Of a stretch of DNA of 64,000 bases, positions 50,861 to 61,500 are shown one piece after another. The DNA is from Acidimicrobiia bacterium (GTDB lineage: Bacteria > Actinomycetota > Acidimicrobiia > Spongiisociales > ZC4RG35). The DNA is taken from assembly GCA_036375695.1 (NCBI GenBank), contig DASVBU010000021.1, positions 27,329 through 91,328 on the forward strand, read 5' to 3'. A program made the translations under genes and the position numbers. The notes under the pieces were generated by a model. It was not told the DNA's origin. It saw only the letters and a program-made list of their open reading frames with translations, and made no database searches. Positions within the stretch are counted from its first letter, which is position 1. Every line of letters starts with the position of its first letter.

Positions 50861-51880
50861 TCAGGCGAAGAACCAGGCCGCGTCCCGGAAGACATCCGGA
50901 TCGAGGGCCCGCGGTTCACGACACGCATCGAGTATGTCCACCTCGGTCATCCGATCTCCGCGCACCGACACCATCACCCCGGACTTTCCGGCGATGGTCA
51001 GCTCGGCGGCGTGGACGCCCATCCTCGTGGCCAGCACCCGGTCGAAGGCGGTCGGAGTCCCTCCACGTTGCAGATGACCCAGCGTCACCACCCGGGCCTC
51101 GTACCCGGTGAGACGCTCCAACTCCCGGGCGACCATGCTCCCGGCGCCACCGAGACGCTCGAAGCCGAAGGCGTCCACCCCGCTGGTCACGTAGCCCTCG
51201 GGCCCCGGGATGCCCTCGGCGACCACCACGAGGGAGTAGGTCCGCCCCGCCTCGTGCCGGGCCGTGATCCGCGCAGCCACGTCCTCGACATCCCGGCCGA
51301 CCTCGGGTACCAGGATCGCCTCCGCTCCCCCGGCGAGGCCCGCGTAGGCCGCGATCCAACCGGCGGTCCTCCCCATCGTCTCCACGACCATGATCCGGTC
51401 ATGGGACTCCGCCGTCGTGGTGAGCCGATCGATTGCGTCGGTGACCACCTGGACCGCCGTGTGGAAGCCAAAAGTGACGTCGGTGCCGCCGATGTCGTTG
51501 TCGATCGTCTTGGGTATGCCGACCACCTTGAGGCCCTCCTCGGCGAGCTGGGCCGCGGAGCGGAGGCTCCCGTCACCACCGATCACCACGAGGGAGTCGA
51601 TTCCAAGTGCCTCGACCGTGGGTCGGACCGACTCGTACCCGTTGCCGTGGACATAGGGGTCGAGTCGCGAACTGCCCAGGATCGTCCCGCCCCGGGCGAT
51701 GATCCCGCGGACGCTGTCCCGGGTGAGCGGACGGGTCTTCCCCTCCATCAGGCCCTTCCAGCCCTTCTCCACCCCGACGACCGACCAACCCTCGGCATCG
51801 AGGCGCGCCACGACACCCCTGATCGCGGCGTTGGTACCGGGGCAGTCGCCACCGGCAGTCACCAGTCCCACGGTGGGCAC
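50861..51880 (-). CDS. pfkA: 6-phosphofructokinase
   Basis: 339 aa; GLVTAGGDCPGTNAAIRGVV, VVIGGDGS and MGR motifs of the PFK_A family. Confidence 0.85.
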   Translation of the reverse strand: MPTVGLVTAGGDCPGTNAAIRGVVARLDAEGWSVVGVEKGWKGLMEGKTRPLTRDSVRGIIARGGTILGSSRLDPYVHGNGYESVRPTVEALGIDSLVVIGGDGSLRSAAQLAEEGLKVVGIPKTIDNDIGGTDVTFGFHTAVQVVTDAIDRLTTTAESHDRIMVVETMGRTAGWIAAYAGLAGGAEAILVPEVGRDVEDVAARITARHEAGRTYSLVVVAEGIPGPEGYVTSGVDAFGFERLGGAGSMVARELERLTGYEARVVTLGHLQRGGTPTAFDRVLATRMGVHAAELTIAGKSGVMVSVRGDRMTEVDILDACREPRALDPDVFRDAAWFFA

Positions 51881-51987
51881 TCAACCCTCCAAGGTCGCGC
51901 TCATCGACCCCAGGGTATGCGCGCTTCGGGGTCAGGTCGCGCATCGCCCTGGCGTCCAGCCGCACGACCGGCCATATCCTGCGGCGA

Positions 51988-54618
51988 ATGAGGCCCAACG
52001 GAGAGGAGGATCGCACAGGCCCGTCGCCGCCGGCCTGGCATGCCCTCCCGACCGAGGAGGCGGCCCGCGCCCTGGGCACCGATCCCGACACCGGGCTGGG
52101 GTCGGCCGTCGCCAGACAGCGCCTCACCGAGCACGGGCCCAACCGGATCACCCCGGCGCAGCGTTGGGTGCGTCTCCGAATCCTCCTCCGACAGTTCGCC
52201 GACGTTCTCATATGGCTGCTCGTCGGCGCGGCCCTGATCAGCGGATTCCTCCTCGACTCCTGGGTGGACGCAGGAGCCATCGGGGCGATCGTGATCCTCA
52301 ACGCCGCCCTCGGCTACTGGCACGAATCGCGCGCCCGGACGGCATTGGAGCGGCTCTCCGACCTCCAGGCACCCATGGCACGCGTGATCCGCGAGGGGAC
52401 CACACGCGACATCCCCGCCTCCGAGGTCGTGCCGGGGGACCTCGTCGTCCTCGAGCCCGGCGACCGTGTGCCTGCCGACGGGAGGGTGGTGAACGCCATC
52501 CGTCTCCTCGTCGACGAGTCCAGCCTCACCGGCGAGTCGGCGGCCACTCCGAAGACGCCGAATCCCGTGCCCGCCGACGCTCCGCTCGGTGACCGGGTGT
52601 CGATGGTCCACGCCGGGACGCTGGTCGTCGGCGGGAGGGGTCGATGCGTCATCACTGCAACCGGGCTTCGGACCGAAGTCGGCCGTATCGCCGAGCTGGC
52701 GGCGGGTGCGATCCCGCTGACGCCTCTCGAGGTGGCGGTGCGGCGCATCGGCCGCCGGATCGCCGTGCTCGCAGCGGCGACCGCGGGCCTGGTGTTCACG
52801 ATCGGGCTCGCCCGCGGGTTCGGCCCCGAGCCGATGCTCCTCGTGGCCATCGCCCTGGCGGTGGCGGCGATCCCGGAGGGCCTCCCCGCAGTCATCACGG
52901 TGAGTCTCGCCGGCGGGTTGCAGCGGATGGCGAAGCGGAACGCGGTGGTCCGGCGTCTCGCCGCCGTCGAGGCCCTCGGTGCGGTCGACGTGATCTGCAC
53001 CGACAAGACCGGGACCCTCACCGCTCCCAGGCTCGAGGTCGTGAACGTCCTCATGGCGGACGGACGGCAGGGCATCGACCTCCTCTCCGTGCCGACGGGA
53101 GCGCCCCGTCTGCTCGCCCTGACCGCCGCCCTCTGCAACGACGCCTACCGGGCGCCGGAGGGCTGGGCAGGTGACCCGGTCGAGATCGCGCTCGTCGAGG
53201 CGGTGAGCCGCGCCGGAGTCGACCCGTTCGAGCTGAGGTCCCGGCACCCCCGTCTCGACGAGGCCGGATTCGATGGCGACCGCAAGCGGATGTCAACCGT
53301 CCACGAGATCGAGGGGCGGACCGTGCTCCTGGTCAAGGGCGCACCGGAGGTGCTCATCTCCCTCGCCGCGTCGGTGTTCGCCGGGGCGAAGCCCACCGAT
53401 CTCGACGACGCGGCGCGGGAGTGGGTCCTGGCTTCGGCCGAGAGGCTGGCTTCCGGAGGGCTGAGGACACTGGGCTTCGCCGTCCGCCTGCTGGACGGGC
53501 CTCCCCGCGACCCGGCGGGCGAGGAGCAGGACCTGATCTATCTGGGGATGGTGGCGATGCGGGAGCAGATCCGCCCCGAGGTTCCCGAGGCCGTGGCCGC
53601 CGCGGAGCGCGCCGGCGTACGCACGGTGATGGTGACCGGCGACCACGCCACGACGGCGGAGGCGATCGCCGACGCGGTCGGGATCACCAAGGGCGAGGTC
53701 ATGACCGGCGCCACGCTGGCCCGGATCGCGCAAGAAGACCTGACCAGGAGCATCCACCGCTACCGGGTGTTCGCCCGGGTCGACCCGGTCCACAAGGTCA
53801 AGATCGTCGACGCCTGGAAGGGCGCCGGGGCCCTGGTGGCCATGACCGGTGATGGAGTCAACGACGCTCCGGCACTCCGCCGGGCCGACATCGGGGTGGC
53901 GATGGGGTCCGGGACCGACGTGGCACGTGAGGCGGCGGCGCTGATCCTCACCGACGACAACTACGCCACGATCGTCTCCGCCATCGCAGAGGGGAGGCGC
54001 TTGTTCTCCGGCCTCCGCAACGTTGTCCACTATCTGCTCTCGGCCAACGTGTCGGAGGTGCTCTACATCCTCGCCGGATTCGCCATCTTCGGACACCTGG
54101 GCGAGCCGCTCCTCCCGGTGCAGCTCCTCTGGATCAACCTGGTCTCCGACTCACTGCCCGCCGTCGCCCTGGGGGCGGACCGGCCGGCCGGCAACGTCCT
54201 CGAGATGCCGCCGGGCACGGGCCGGGACGTGCTCTCCGGCGCCAACCTGTTGCGGCTCGGGATCCAGGGTGCGGTGCTCGCCATGGGAGCCATGGCCGCG
54301 TTCCTGGGCGGCGCCTACTTCTTCGATCTCGGAGGGAGCGGTTCGCAGACCATGGTGTTCACGACCCTGGTCCTGTCCCAGCTGCTCCACGCCCTCAGCG
54401 TCCGCTCCGACAGACCCGGCACGGGGCCACCCGGGCGATGGCTGATCGCCGCCCTCCTCGGTTCCGCGGCCATCCACATGGCCGTGGTCTACAGCCCGAT
54501 CGGGGCCCGGGTGTTTCGCACGGTTCCCCTCCCACTCCTGCCCATGGCGTGGGCGGTCGGTGCCTCCCTGGCCACGATGATCGTCGTCCGGATCGTCAAT
54601 TGGTTCCTGCGCCGCTGA
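51988..54618 (+). CDS. cation-translocating P-type ATPase, P2 class (Ca2+/Mg2+-type)
   Basis: 876 aa; DKTGTLT phosphorylation site, TGDHATTAEAIA, GDGVNDAPAL; N-terminal cation_ATPase_N; 10-TM layout. Confidence 0.85.
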   Translation: MRPNGEEDRTGPSPPAWHALPTEEAARALGTDPDTGLGSAVARQRLTEHGPNRITPAQRWVRLRILLRQFADVLIWLLVGAALISGFLLDSWVDAGAIGAIVILNAALGYWHESRARTALERLSDLQAPMARVIREGTTRDIPASEVVPGDLVVLEPGDRVPADGRVVNAIRLLVDESSLTGESAATPKTPNPVPADAPLGDRVSMVHAGTLVVGGRGRCVITATGLRTEVGRIAELAAGAIPLTPLEVAVRRIGRRIAVLAAATAGLVFTIGLARGFGPEPMLLVAIALAVAAIPEGLPAVITVSLAGGLQRMAKRNAVVRRLAAVEALGAVDVICTDKTGTLTAPRLEVVNVLMADGRQGIDLLSVPTGAPRLLALTAALCNDAYRAPEGWAGDPVEIALVEAVSRAGVDPFELRSRHPRLDEAGFDGDRKRMSTVHEIEGRTVLLVKGAPEVLISLAASVFAGAKPTDLDDAAREWVLASAERLASGGLRTLGFAVRLLDGPPRDPAGEEQDLIYLGMVAMREQIRPEVPEAVAAAERAGVRTVMVTGDHATTAEAIADAVGITKGEVMTGATLARIAQEDLTRSIHRYRVFARVDPVHKVKIVDAWKGAGALVAMTGDGVNDAPALRRADIGVAMGSGTDVAREAAALILTDDNYATIVSAIAEGRRLFSGLRNVVHYLLSANVSEVLYILAGFAIFGHLGEPLLPVQLLWINLVSDSLPAVALGADRPAGNVLEMPPGTGRDVLSGANLLRLGIQGAVLAMGAMAAFLGGAYFFDLGGSGSQTMVFTTLVLSQLLHALSVRSDRPGTGPPGRWLIAALLGSAAIHMAVVYSPIGARVFRTVPLPLLPMAWAVGASLATMIVVRIVNWFLRR

Positions 54619-54639
54619 GGTCGGCGCGATACTCACCCG

Positions 54640-55884
54640 ATGCACGAGGCCGAATCCCCAGCCGCCGTCCGGGCCCAGTCGCCTGCCGCGGGACGGCTCA
54701 CCGCCACCCTCTTCGGTGGAGTGGCCCTCGCCTCCACGGCGTACATCGCCATGGCCACGCTCTCGTCGATCGCCATAGACGACCTGACGGGATCGGCGTC
54801 CCTCGCCGGTGTGCCCGGGGCAACCGCCGTGGTGGGAACTGCCGTCGGGACCACCGTGCTCAGCCTGGGTGTGGCGCGTCGTGGCCGGCGGCCCGGTCTG
54901 ATCGGTGGCTATACCGCGGCGGCCCTCGGGGCGGTGGTCGCCGGCCTGGCCGTGATCACCCGATCGGTGGCGCTCCTCTTCGTCGGGATGGCACTGGTCG
55001 GGCTGGGGAACGCCGCCTCCCACCTGGCCCGCTACGCCTCCGCCGATCTCTACGTCCCGACCCGAAGAGCCACCGCGCTCGCTTGGGTGGTCTGGGGCTC
55101 GACGATCGGCTCGGTGGCCGGCCCCACCCTCCTCGGCCCTGCGGGTCGGATCGCCGAATCCGTGGGCAGGTCGGAGTTGTTGGGCGGCTATGCCATCGGT
55201 GCCGGGTTCATGGCCCTGGCGGCATTGCTCTACTTCGTGGCACTCCGGCCGGATCCGGCCCGGGTGGCGGTGGAGCAGCCCACGGAACGGCGCATCGTCT
55301 TCGCCGACATCACGACCGCGTTCCGATCCTCGTCGGTGAAGGCAGGGCTGTCGGCCATGGTCGCCGGACAGGTGGTGATGGTGATGATCATGACCGCCAC
55401 CCCGTTGCACGTGCATCACCACGGCTCGGACCTCGGGTCGGTGGGAGTGGTGATGAGCGCCCACACCCTGGGCATGTTCGCCCTCGCCCCGCTCGTGGGA
55501 CGTATCGTGGACCGCGTCGGCGGGCTCAAGGTGGCATTGCTCGGGATGGCCGCCCTGGGGGTGGCTGCCCTAGGTGCCGCCTACGGTCCCAACGAGACGA
55601 TCCCGGGGCTGGTTGTCACGCTCTGGCTCCTCGGGCTCGGCTGGAACATGACTTTCGTGGCGGGCAGCTCGACCCTGGTGACGGGTCTCGACCCCGGCAT
55701 CAGGGCCAGGGTGCAGGGCACAGCGGACTCGCTCACCTGGCTCTCTTCGGCGGTCTCCGCCGTCGCCGCCGGTCTGCTCTACCAGGCGGCGGACTATCGG
55801 ACCCTCGGCCTCATCGGCCTCGCCCTGCTCGCTGCCCCTCTACTCGTCGTCCTTCGCCACCGACCGGCACCCACACCGGCCTGA
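54640..55884 (+). CDS. MFS transporter
   Basis: 414 aa, about 12 TM; MFS motif A-like GVARRGRRPGL between TM2 and TM3. Confidence 0.75.
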   Translation: MHEAESPAAVRAQSPAAGRLTATLFGGVALASTAYIAMATLSSIAIDDLTGSASLAGVPGATAVVGTAVGTTVLSLGVARRGRRPGLIGGYTAAALGAVVAGLAVITRSVALLFVGMALVGLGNAASHLARYASADLYVPTRRATALAWVVWGSTIGSVAGPTLLGPAGRIAESVGRSELLGGYAIGAGFMALAALLYFVALRPDPARVAVEQPTERRIVFADITTAFRSSSVKAGLSAMVAGQVVMVMIMTATPLHVHHHGSDLGSVGVVMSAHTLGMFALAPLVGRIVDRVGGLKVALLGMAALGVAALGAAYGPNETIPGLVVTLWLLGLGWNMTFVAGSSTLVTGLDPGIRARVQGTADSLTWLSSAVSAVAAGLLYQAADYRTLGLIGLALLAAPLLVVLRHRPAPTPA

Positions 55885-57006
55885 TCAGAACGCGTCGCGC
55901 AGACCCAGCTCGACATTGCGACGCACCCAGCGGGCCACATCCCTCGGTGTGATGATGCCGACGATCCGGCCGTCCTCGACGACGAGGACCCGGCTATCGG
56001 CGTCCTCCCGAAGCTGGGCCAGGACCTCGGTCATCGGCGCCTCGGGGGGCACGGTGGGCAGATCGGCCAACTCGGTCATCGCCGACCAGACCTGTCGCAC
56101 GTCCCAATAGTCCCTGGGGATTTGACGCACGGCCCGCAAGGTGAGCAGGCCCGTCCGCTCGTCGGACACGACCGGGAAGGCGGAGTGGTCGTAACGGAGG
56201 AAGAAGTCGTCCACGGCCTCGGCGATGGTGGCCTCGAAGGGGATGCTCACCGGGTCGGGCGACATGAGGTCGCTGGCGGTGACGTCCTCGAGGGCGGACC
56301 GGACGACCACCTCTCGTGCCTCGGCCGCGGCCGCCTGCATCAGGAACCATCCGATCGCCGCCATCCACAGGCCGCCGAGGTCGCCGGCGAAGACCGCGAA
56401 GAGCCCGAGGGCGATGAGACCGGTGGCGATGAAGGTCCCCACCCGGGCGGCGCCGGTGGTGGCCCGCGCCTGGCTTCCGGAACGGGCCCAGAGGATCGAC
56501 CGCAGGACCCTGCCCCCGTCCAGTGGGAAGCCGGGGAGGAGGTTGAAGACACCGAGGAGGAGGTTGAGCCAGCCGAGCGAGCCGACCGCCTCGAGGACCA
56601 AGGGAGCGAGAGCGCCCCTGCCCAGCGTCACCACGCCCCACAGCAGGGCGGCCAGGCCGAGGCTGGTCAGGGGGCCGACAACGGCGATGAGGAACTCGTC
56701 GCGGGGACGCGGGGCCTCCATCTTCATCCGGCTCACGCCGCCGAAGAGGAAGAGGGTTATCCCTTCCACGGGCACCCCGCGGGCCTGGGCCACCAGCGAG
56801 TGGCTGATCTCGTGGAGCAGCACCGAGGCGAAGAAGACGATGGCGGTGATGCCGGCCGCGACGATGAGGACAGCGGCCGACTGACTCGGGAATTCCTCCT
56901 GGAACTGGGCATAGAACGACCAGGCGAAGAGGAACACCACCACCAGCCAGGAGGGGTCGATCGAGATGTCGATCCCCAGGAAGCGGAACAGCTTGATCTC
57001 GTTCAT
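55885..57006 (-). CDS. site-2 protease (M50 family) with C-terminal CBS pair
   Basis: HEISH HExxH in a TM helix plus downstream LDG motif region; two CBS motifs at the C-terminus. Confidence 0.8.
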   Translation of the reverse strand: MNEIKLFRFLGIDISIDPSWLVVVFLFAWSFYAQFQEEFPSQSAAVLIVAAGITAIVFFASVLLHEISHSLVAQARGVPVEGITLFLFGGVSRMKMEAPRPRDEFLIAVVGPLTSLGLAALLWGVVTLGRGALAPLVLEAVGSLGWLNLLLGVFNLLPGFPLDGGRVLRSILWARSGSQARATTGAARVGTFIATGLIALGLFAVFAGDLGGLWMAAIGWFLMQAAAAEAREVVVRSALEDVTASDLMSPDPVSIPFEATIAEAVDDFFLRYDHSAFPVVSDERTGLLTLRAVRQIPRDYWDVRQVWSAMTELADLPTVPPEAPMTEVLAQLREDADSRVLVVEDGRIVGIITPRDVARWVRRNVELGLRDAF

Positions 57007-57039
57007 CTCGAGGGCTCCGCGATCATGGGCTCCCGGAGC

Positions 57040-57435
57040 TCACGTCCCCCACTCGGGCGGTGGCTCGTGACGGCCCGGCTCGAAATGCCAGTACTCGCGG
57101 AGTCGCACGCATCTCCAGTCGTCGTCGAAGTCGAGGAGGAGGCAGCCGGGGAGGGTGACCTCGTCGCGGTTCACCTTCATGTTGGTCCAGAACTCGACGG
57201 CGACCCGCCTCCCGTCGACGAAGGGCCTGCCCATCCGCACCGAGACGTCACTCTGGGCGGCGGTCACACCGGCCCAGTAGGCGGCGACACCCTCTGGCCC
57301 CTGATGGGGCTCGTCGAAGATGCGGTCGCGGTAGGTGGATCCCTCGGCGAACAGGGCCGCGGCAGCCTCGGGATCCCGGTTCTCCCATGCCTGGCGATAC
57401 GCCTCGACCCATTCCTCGACACTTCGCACTTTCAA
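57040..57435 (-). CDS. NTF2-like / SnoaL-like domain protein
   Basis: 131 aa; EEWVEAYRQAWENRDPEAAAALFAEGSTYRD is a typical SnoaL_2 N-terminus. Confidence 0.65.
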   Translation of the reverse strand: MKVRSVEEWVEAYRQAWENRDPEAAAALFAEGSTYRDRIFDEPHQGPEGVAAYWAGVTAAQSDVSVRMGRPFVDGRRVAVEFWTNMKVNRDEVTLPGCLLLDFDDDWRCVRLREYWHFEPGRHEPPPEWGT

Positions 57436-57480
57436 CCTCCTGGAGTTCGCCCCGAGCCTAGGCGTGCCCGACGAAGGCGC

Positions 57481-58281
57481 TCAGCCCTCCTTGGGCCCGT
57501 GGTGGAGGTGCCCCACCGCCCCTCTGGCCTCGGGGTCCTTGACGTAGGTGGGCCGGAGCTCGACGGGCTCGGCTGCCACGCGGCGCGCCCGCAGGTTGAG
57601 GGCCTCGACGAGAATCGAGAAGCCCATGGCGAAGTAGATGTAGCCCTTGGGGATGTGAAGCTCCCATCCCTCGGCCACGAGCGATGTTCCGATGAGGAGC
57701 AGGAACGCCAGCGCCAGCATCTTCACGGTTGGATGGCGATTGACGAAGTCGCTGATCGGGCCCGAGGAGAGCAGCATCACCCCGACCGCGATGACGACCG
57801 CGGCGATCATCACACCGAGGACATCGGACATGCCCACGGCGGTGATGACCGAGTCCAGGCTGAAGACGGCATCGATGAGCACGATCTGGGTGATCACCGC
57901 CCCGAAGGAGGCCGCCGCGCTCGTCGTCCGGGCGTGCTCCGGTTCCTCGCCCTCCAGCTTCTCATGGATCTCGAAGGTGGCCTTCCCGATGAGGAAGAGC
58001 CCGCCGAGGAGCAGGATCAGGTCGCGCCCCGAGATCTCGTTGCCGAAAACACCGAACAGGGGGGCGGTGAGGCCGATCACCCAGTTGATGGCGAGAAGGA
58101 GGGCGATCCTCATGCCCATGGCCAGGCTCAGGCCGATGGTGCGGGCGCGCTTCTGCTGGTTGGCGGGCAGGCGCCCCGAGAGGATCGAGAGGAAGACGAG
58201 GTTGTCGATGCCGAGGACGATCTCGAGGGTGGTCAGCGTGAGCAGTGCCACCCAGATGTCCGGGTCGGTGATCCAGTCCAT
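57481..58281 (-). CDS. TerC-family integral membrane protein
   Basis: LEIVLGIDNLVFLSIL signature of TerC/YkoY; 266 aa, about 7 TM. Confidence 0.8.
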   Translation of the reverse strand: MDWITDPDIWVALLTLTTLEIVLGIDNLVFLSILSGRLPANQQKRARTIGLSLAMGMRIALLLAINWVIGLTAPLFGVFGNEISGRDLILLLGGLFLIGKATFEIHEKLEGEEPEHARTTSAAASFGAVITQIVLIDAVFSLDSVITAVGMSDVLGVMIAAVVIAVGVMLLSSGPISDFVNRHPTVKMLALAFLLLIGTSLVAEGWELHIPKGYIYFAMGFSILVEALNLRARRVAAEPVELRPTYVKDPEARGAVGHLHHGPKEG

Positions 58282-58329
58282 GCCGGGACGATACGCAGGC
58301 GTGCCCGGGTATCCCGGAACCGGCCCCGA

Positions 58330-58767
58330 TCAAGGAATCAGCGAAGCGGCGAGGAACACCACGGCCAGGGAGACCCCTGCGCCGAATATCCCCAGGGCTC
58401 GAGAGAGGCGGCGTGAGGCCCGGGCGGCGACGAAGCCATGGACACCGGCCAGCACGAAGGAGACCAGGGCGAGGACGATCTTCACGGTCAGGGTCGTGCC
58501 ATAGCCCGGTGTCCTCAGACCGAGCAGCGTGACACCGCGGTGGTAGGCAAGGGCGAGCCCGGTGCCCAACAGCAACGGCATGAGGACCAGGAGGCCGATA
58601 CGCCCGAATCTCTCCCCCGCGGCGATGAACACCTCACGCCGCCGCTCGGGATCGTCGACCGAACGCTCCAGCGCCTGACGCACCACCACCGCCAGGGTGA
58701 GCTGCCCGCCGACCCAGAGCACCGCGCCGAAGAGGTGGAGGAACCGGACGATGGGCCAGATGCTCAC
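58330..58767 (-). CDS. hypothetical 4-TM membrane protein (CopD-like?)
   Basis: 145 aa; four hydrophobic helices; sits next to the copper ATPase module; family uncertain. Confidence 0.35.
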   Translation of the reverse strand: MSIWPIVRFLHLFGAVLWVGGQLTLAVVVRQALERSVDDPERRREVFIAAGERFGRIGLLVLMPLLLGTGLALAYHRGVTLLGLRTPGYGTTLTVKIVLALVSFVLAGVHGFVAARASRRLSRALGIFGAGVSLAVVFLAASLIP

Positions 58768-58970
58768 GGGTCGTTTCGTAATCCCCGCGGGGCCCCGGAG
58801 TCAAACCGGCCGGGGCCCGCTTCGCGACGATCGCCGCTCTGGTTGCCCTCACCCTCGCCGGGGTGAGTGGCTTCCTCGCCGGTCTGCTGTACAGCCGCAA
58901 CCGCTGACTTCCGGCCCTGGAGAACGGCACCGCCGGGGATGTACCTTGGCTCCGGAGAAAGGAGTCGACA

Positions 58971-59282
58971 TTGGCCGTTGTCATCCCCGACCTCGAGGCC
59001 GAGGTCTCCATCCCGCAGAACGGGACCCTGAGCCGTGTCCTCTATCAGGACGATCGCGTCCGGCTGGTCCTCTTCGCCTTCGACGAAGGTCAGGAGCTCA
59101 CGGAGCACCGGTCCAGCTCCGGCGCCGTCGTCCAGGTGGTGAAAGGGCGACTCCGATTCACCGCCAGTGGCGAGGAGCACGAGCTGGGACCGAGCAGCTG
59201 GCTGTGCATGGCCCCGGGTGAGGAGCACGCCCTGGAGGCGACCGAGCCCAGCCTGATGCTGCTCACATTGATCAGGAACTGA
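58971..59282 (+). CDS. cupin-domain protein
   Basis: 103 aa; cupin motif region (HRSSSGAVVQVVKGRL...GEEHALEA). Confidence 0.65.
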   Translation: MAVVIPDLEAEVSIPQNGTLSRVLYQDDRVRLVLFAFDEGQELTEHRSSSGAVVQVVKGRLRFTASGEEHELGPSSWLCMAPGEEHALEATEPSLMLLTLIRN

Positions 59283-61400
59283 CCCCGCCGGGTGACAGAT
59301 CGATCCGTCGCAGCAACTGGGCGTTGAGCGCCACGATCACAGTGGAGGCGCTCATCAGGATCGCGGCGGCCGCCGGGGCTAGTGCCAGCCCCGCCCAGGC
59401 CAGGGCGCCGGCGGCCAGCGGGATCGCCAGCACGTTGTAGCCGGCGGCCCAGACGAGGTTCTGGACCATCTTTCGATAGCCGGCCTCTGAGAGCTTCCGG
59501 ATCGCCACCACACCGCGCGGGTCGTCGGAGGCGAGGACGACACCGGCGGTCTCGATGGCCACGTCGGTGCCGGCGCCGATCGCGATCCCGACGTCGGCCT
59601 GGGCGAGCGCCGGGGCGTCGTTGACGCCGTCACCCACCATGGCGACCTTCCGCCCCTCCGCCTGGAGCTCGGCGACGCGGGCGTGCTTGTCCTCCGGGAG
59701 GACCTCGGCCAGCACGTAGTCGATCCCCAGCTCGGCGGCCACCGCCTCGGCCACCTGCTTGGCGTCACCGGTGATCATCCCCACGCTCACGCCCATCAGG
59801 TGGAGCTCGGCCACCGCCTGCCTCGATTCCGGCCTGACCTCGTCCTCCATGGCGATGGCTCCGGTGACACGACCGTCCTCCACGACATAGAGGACCGCCG
59901 CCCCCCTCGCCCGCCAGACCGCGATGCGCTCTCTCAGATCCGGAGGCTCGTCGATGCCCTGCTCCCGCAGGAGCGCCGGGCCGCCCACCGCGGAGACCAC
60001 GCCATCGACCACGGCCTCGACACCACGGCCACTCATCGCCCTGAAGCCGATGGCCTCCTTCACCGGCCCCCGCTTCGACGCCTCGGCCACGATGGCCCTG
60101 GCAAGGGGATGCTCCGAGTCGGACTCGACCGCGGCGGCTGTCGCCAGGAGCCGGTCGTCATCGCCATCCAGGGCGATCACGCCGCGCACCTGGTGTCGGC
60201 CCAGCGTCAAGGTGCCCGTTTTGTCGAACAGCACGGTGTCGACCCTGCGCATCTCCTCGAGGGCGAGACGGTCCTTGACCAGGATGCCGTTCCGCGCCGC
60301 CATGCCGGTGCTGATCGATATCACCAGTGGTATGGCCAGCCCCAGGGCGTGGGGGCAGGCGATGACCAGGACCGAGACGGTGCGGACGACCGCCTCGTCC
60401 GTCCGCCCCGCCAGGGCCCAGACGACCACCGTGATCACCGCGGCCCCCATCGCCACGTAGAAGAGCAGCGCGGCCGCCCGGTCGGCCAGCACCTGGGCGC
60501 GGGAACGGGACTCCTGGGCCTCGCCGACCAATCGCTGGATCCCGGCCAGGGCGGTCTCCTCCCCGACGGCGGTGACCTCGACGCGGATGGCGCTGTCGGT
60601 GGCCACCGAGCCGGCCACCACTCGATCGCCCGGGTCCTTTGTCACCGGGTTGGCCTCCCCGGTGATCATCGACTCGTCCATGGCGGCGGCTCCGTCGACG
60701 ACCTTCCCGTCGGCGGGCACCCGCGCACCGGGACGCACCAGCACCAGGTCACCGGGCCGCAGGGCGGCAAGCGGGATCCTCTCCACCTCGTTGCCCACGA
60801 TCCGCTCCGCCTCGTCGGGGAGGAGCTCGGCGAGGGCCGAAAGGGCGCGCTGTGCCTGCCCCACCGCCCGCATCTCCATCCAGTGCCCCAGGAGCATCAC
60901 GGTGATCAGGGCGGCCAGCTCCCACCAGAAATCGAGCTGGAACCATCCGAGGGTGGTGGCCGCCGAGGCCAGGAATGCGACGGTGATCGCCATGCCGATG
61001 AGGAGCATCATCCCGGGCCGGCGAGACCGGATCTCCGAGACCGCGCCGGCGAGGAACGGGGTGCCGCCGTAGACGAAGACGATCGTGCCCAACACCGGAG
61101 CCACCCATTCCGAGCCGGGGAAGTCCGGAGCCGTGTACCCGAACCAGGCCTGGATCATCCCCGAGTAGACGACCACCGGGATCGTGAGGGCGAGACACAG
61201 CCAGAAACGATCCCGGAACATCGCCACGTCATGGCCGGCGTGGGTGTCGTGTCCCTCATGGTCAGGATGGCCATGGGCGTCGCCGTGGTGGGCCGGGCTC
61301 TCGCGGACATGAGGCTCCAGCGGGTGGCCCTCACGACCAGGCTCGTGATGCTCGTCGCCTCGGTTCGGAGTCCCGTGCTCGGGGTATTGGCGGTCGGTCA
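59272..61400 (-). CDS. copB: copper-exporting P1B-type ATPase, CopB-like (P1B-3: CPH motif, His-rich N-terminus)
   Basis: IACPHALGLAIP CPH motif in TM6; DKTGTLT; GDGVNDAPAL; N-terminal region with about 12 His; start tentatively ATG at 61398-61400 (the track's TTG at 61440 is also possible). Confidence 0.8.
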
Positions 61401-61500
61401 TGACGTAGTCTCGATACCCCGGGGAACTCGACCCTACCAAGGGGACCGGGGTGTCGATCGGTGGCGAGGAGCAACAGCAGCCTTCACCGCAGCCGAGAGG

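Noticed and set aside
58282-58329. yybP-ykoY (Mn2+) riboswitch upstream of the TerC-family gene
   Set aside because: Only 48 nt separate terC from the upstream gene, too short for the about 100-nt aptamer, and no conserved riboswitch core was recognisable.
58806-58914. Small hydrophobic ORF (…IAALVALTLAGVSGFLAGLLYSRNR*) in the CopD-like/cupin intergenic region
   Set aside because: No in-frame ATG/GTG/TTG with an SD after the upstream in-frame TAA; the only GTG leaves 14 aa. It could be a mini-protein but is unsupported.
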